A DNA stretch of 55,014 nt from an uncultured Eubacteriales bacterium (GTDB taxonomy: Bacteria > Bacillota > Clostridia > Oscillospirales > Acutalibacteraceae), in assembly GCA_964389495.1 (NCBI GenBank), contig CAYMDU010000001.1, forward strand, positions 1 through 55,014. The letters run 5' to 3'. Made by a program: the position numbers and the translations under genes. Numbering within the stretch: the first letter of the stretch is position 1; the number at the start of each line of letters is the position of its first letter. Of the stretch, positions 54,457-55,014 are shown in pieces. The notes beneath the pieces were generated by a model. That model was given only the letters and a program-made list of their open reading frames with translations. It had not been told where the DNA came from and ran no database searches.

Positions 54457-54818
54457 GTGGCACGCCTTGGCGTGACACGACGGAGGGGGCAGTTACCTCC
54501 CCTATCTCAGGTCGCGAAGGCAGAGGGTGCTCAAGCCTCCCCTGTGCAAGGGGAGGTGGTGAGGGCGTAGCCCGAACCGGAGGGGTTGTTACAATCCAGA
54601 GGAGTGCAGAAATGTCTTGCTTTCAAGACACCCATATCTTATTTTCAAGACAAAGCAAGGTGGCGGCAGTCACCGACCCCGCACACACCACCCACTCCCA
54701 GCCGCCAATCCCCCCTGCCGACGGCATTTCGCCGTCGTCTGTCCCCCCTTTACACAAGGGGGGCTTTTGCTGCTTCCCCTGTGTAGGGCGCGTTACTTGG
54801 AATTTTGCACAGTTCCGT

Positions 54819-54989
54819 CTTGCCTCCCCCTGTGGGGGAGGTGGCACGGCGAAGCCGTGACGGAGAGGGCAGTTGCCTCCCCTATCTCAGGTCGCGAAGG
54901 CAGAGGGTGCTCAAGCCTCCCCTGTGTCAGGTCGCGGGTTGGAGATTTTTGCAATTTTTTCAAGCCTCCCCTGTGTAAGGGGAGGTGGC
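54819..54989. repeat. Composite GC-rich hairpin repeat, copy B (171 bp); the element family continues to the window edge
   Basis: Direct repeat of 54285-54456, 534 bp downstream. Confidence 0.85.
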
Positions 54990-55014
54990 ACGGCACATCG
55001 TGCCGTGACGGAGG

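Noticed and set aside
53988-54860. 290-aa plus-strand ORF and several 60-90 aa ORFs on both strands within 54239-54996 (PLCKGRWRG..., LPLHRGGLKRLQ...).
   Set aside because: They are translations of the hairpin repeat units. The same peptides appear in both orientations because the DNA is palindromic. There is no SD and no non-repeat coding sequence.
54285-55014. Possible CRISPR array.
   Set aside because: The repeats are not uniform short direct repeats separated by unique spacers of constant length. Units are about 105 bp composites, occur in both orientations and contain variable hairpins. No cas genes are nearby.

Overview
This is a GC-rich chromosomal segment, by eye about 60-65% G+C (not computed). 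Gene content points to an anaerobic, spore-forming Firmicute of the Clostridia, Oscillospiraceae/Ruminococcaceae-like. It is preceded by about 3.5 kb of visibly AT-rich type I restriction-modification DNA (3' part of hsdS, then hsdR). Most of the window is housekeeping: nnrD plus a coupled lipoprotein, uvrC, ptsH, and the conserved ylxM-ffh-rpsP-KH-rimM-trmD cluster. It also holds metF, a stand-alone methionine-synthase activation-domain gene, metH, murC, nrdD-nrdG, spoIIAA-spoIIAB-sigF and mgsA-hisS-aspS. The rest of the core is a MinD/ParA ATPase, pheST, an IreB-like gene, cysE-cysS behind a Cys T-box leader, and an overlapping recA-recX-rimO-pgsA chain. Accessory content includes an MBOAT plus SGNH-lipoprotein pair, a GH78-like and a CE15-like hydrolase, and an AraC regulator divergent from a 1804-aa secreted GH29-like multidomain enzyme. 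There is also a second 1105-aa secreted protein built only from binding modules, a scar made of a truncated integrase fused to a truncated YD-repeat lipoprotein, and a hairpin-rich repeat array at the right edge. I did not find a clear novel multi-gene system. The best candidates for a second look are these. (1) The NrdD glycyl-radical motif is encoded on a separate 51-codon ORF between nrdD and nrdG. (2) The two giant secreted proteins share an uncharacterised C-terminal tail of about 260-275 aa and have no recognisable anchor. (3) An unannotated 39-codon ORF with a strong SD follows the second giant gene. (4) The composite GC-rich hairpin repeat array at 54.3-55.0 kb. The many long ORFs antisense to real genes are GC-composition artefacts. 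All calls rest on reading the translations and sequence by eye; no searches were run.
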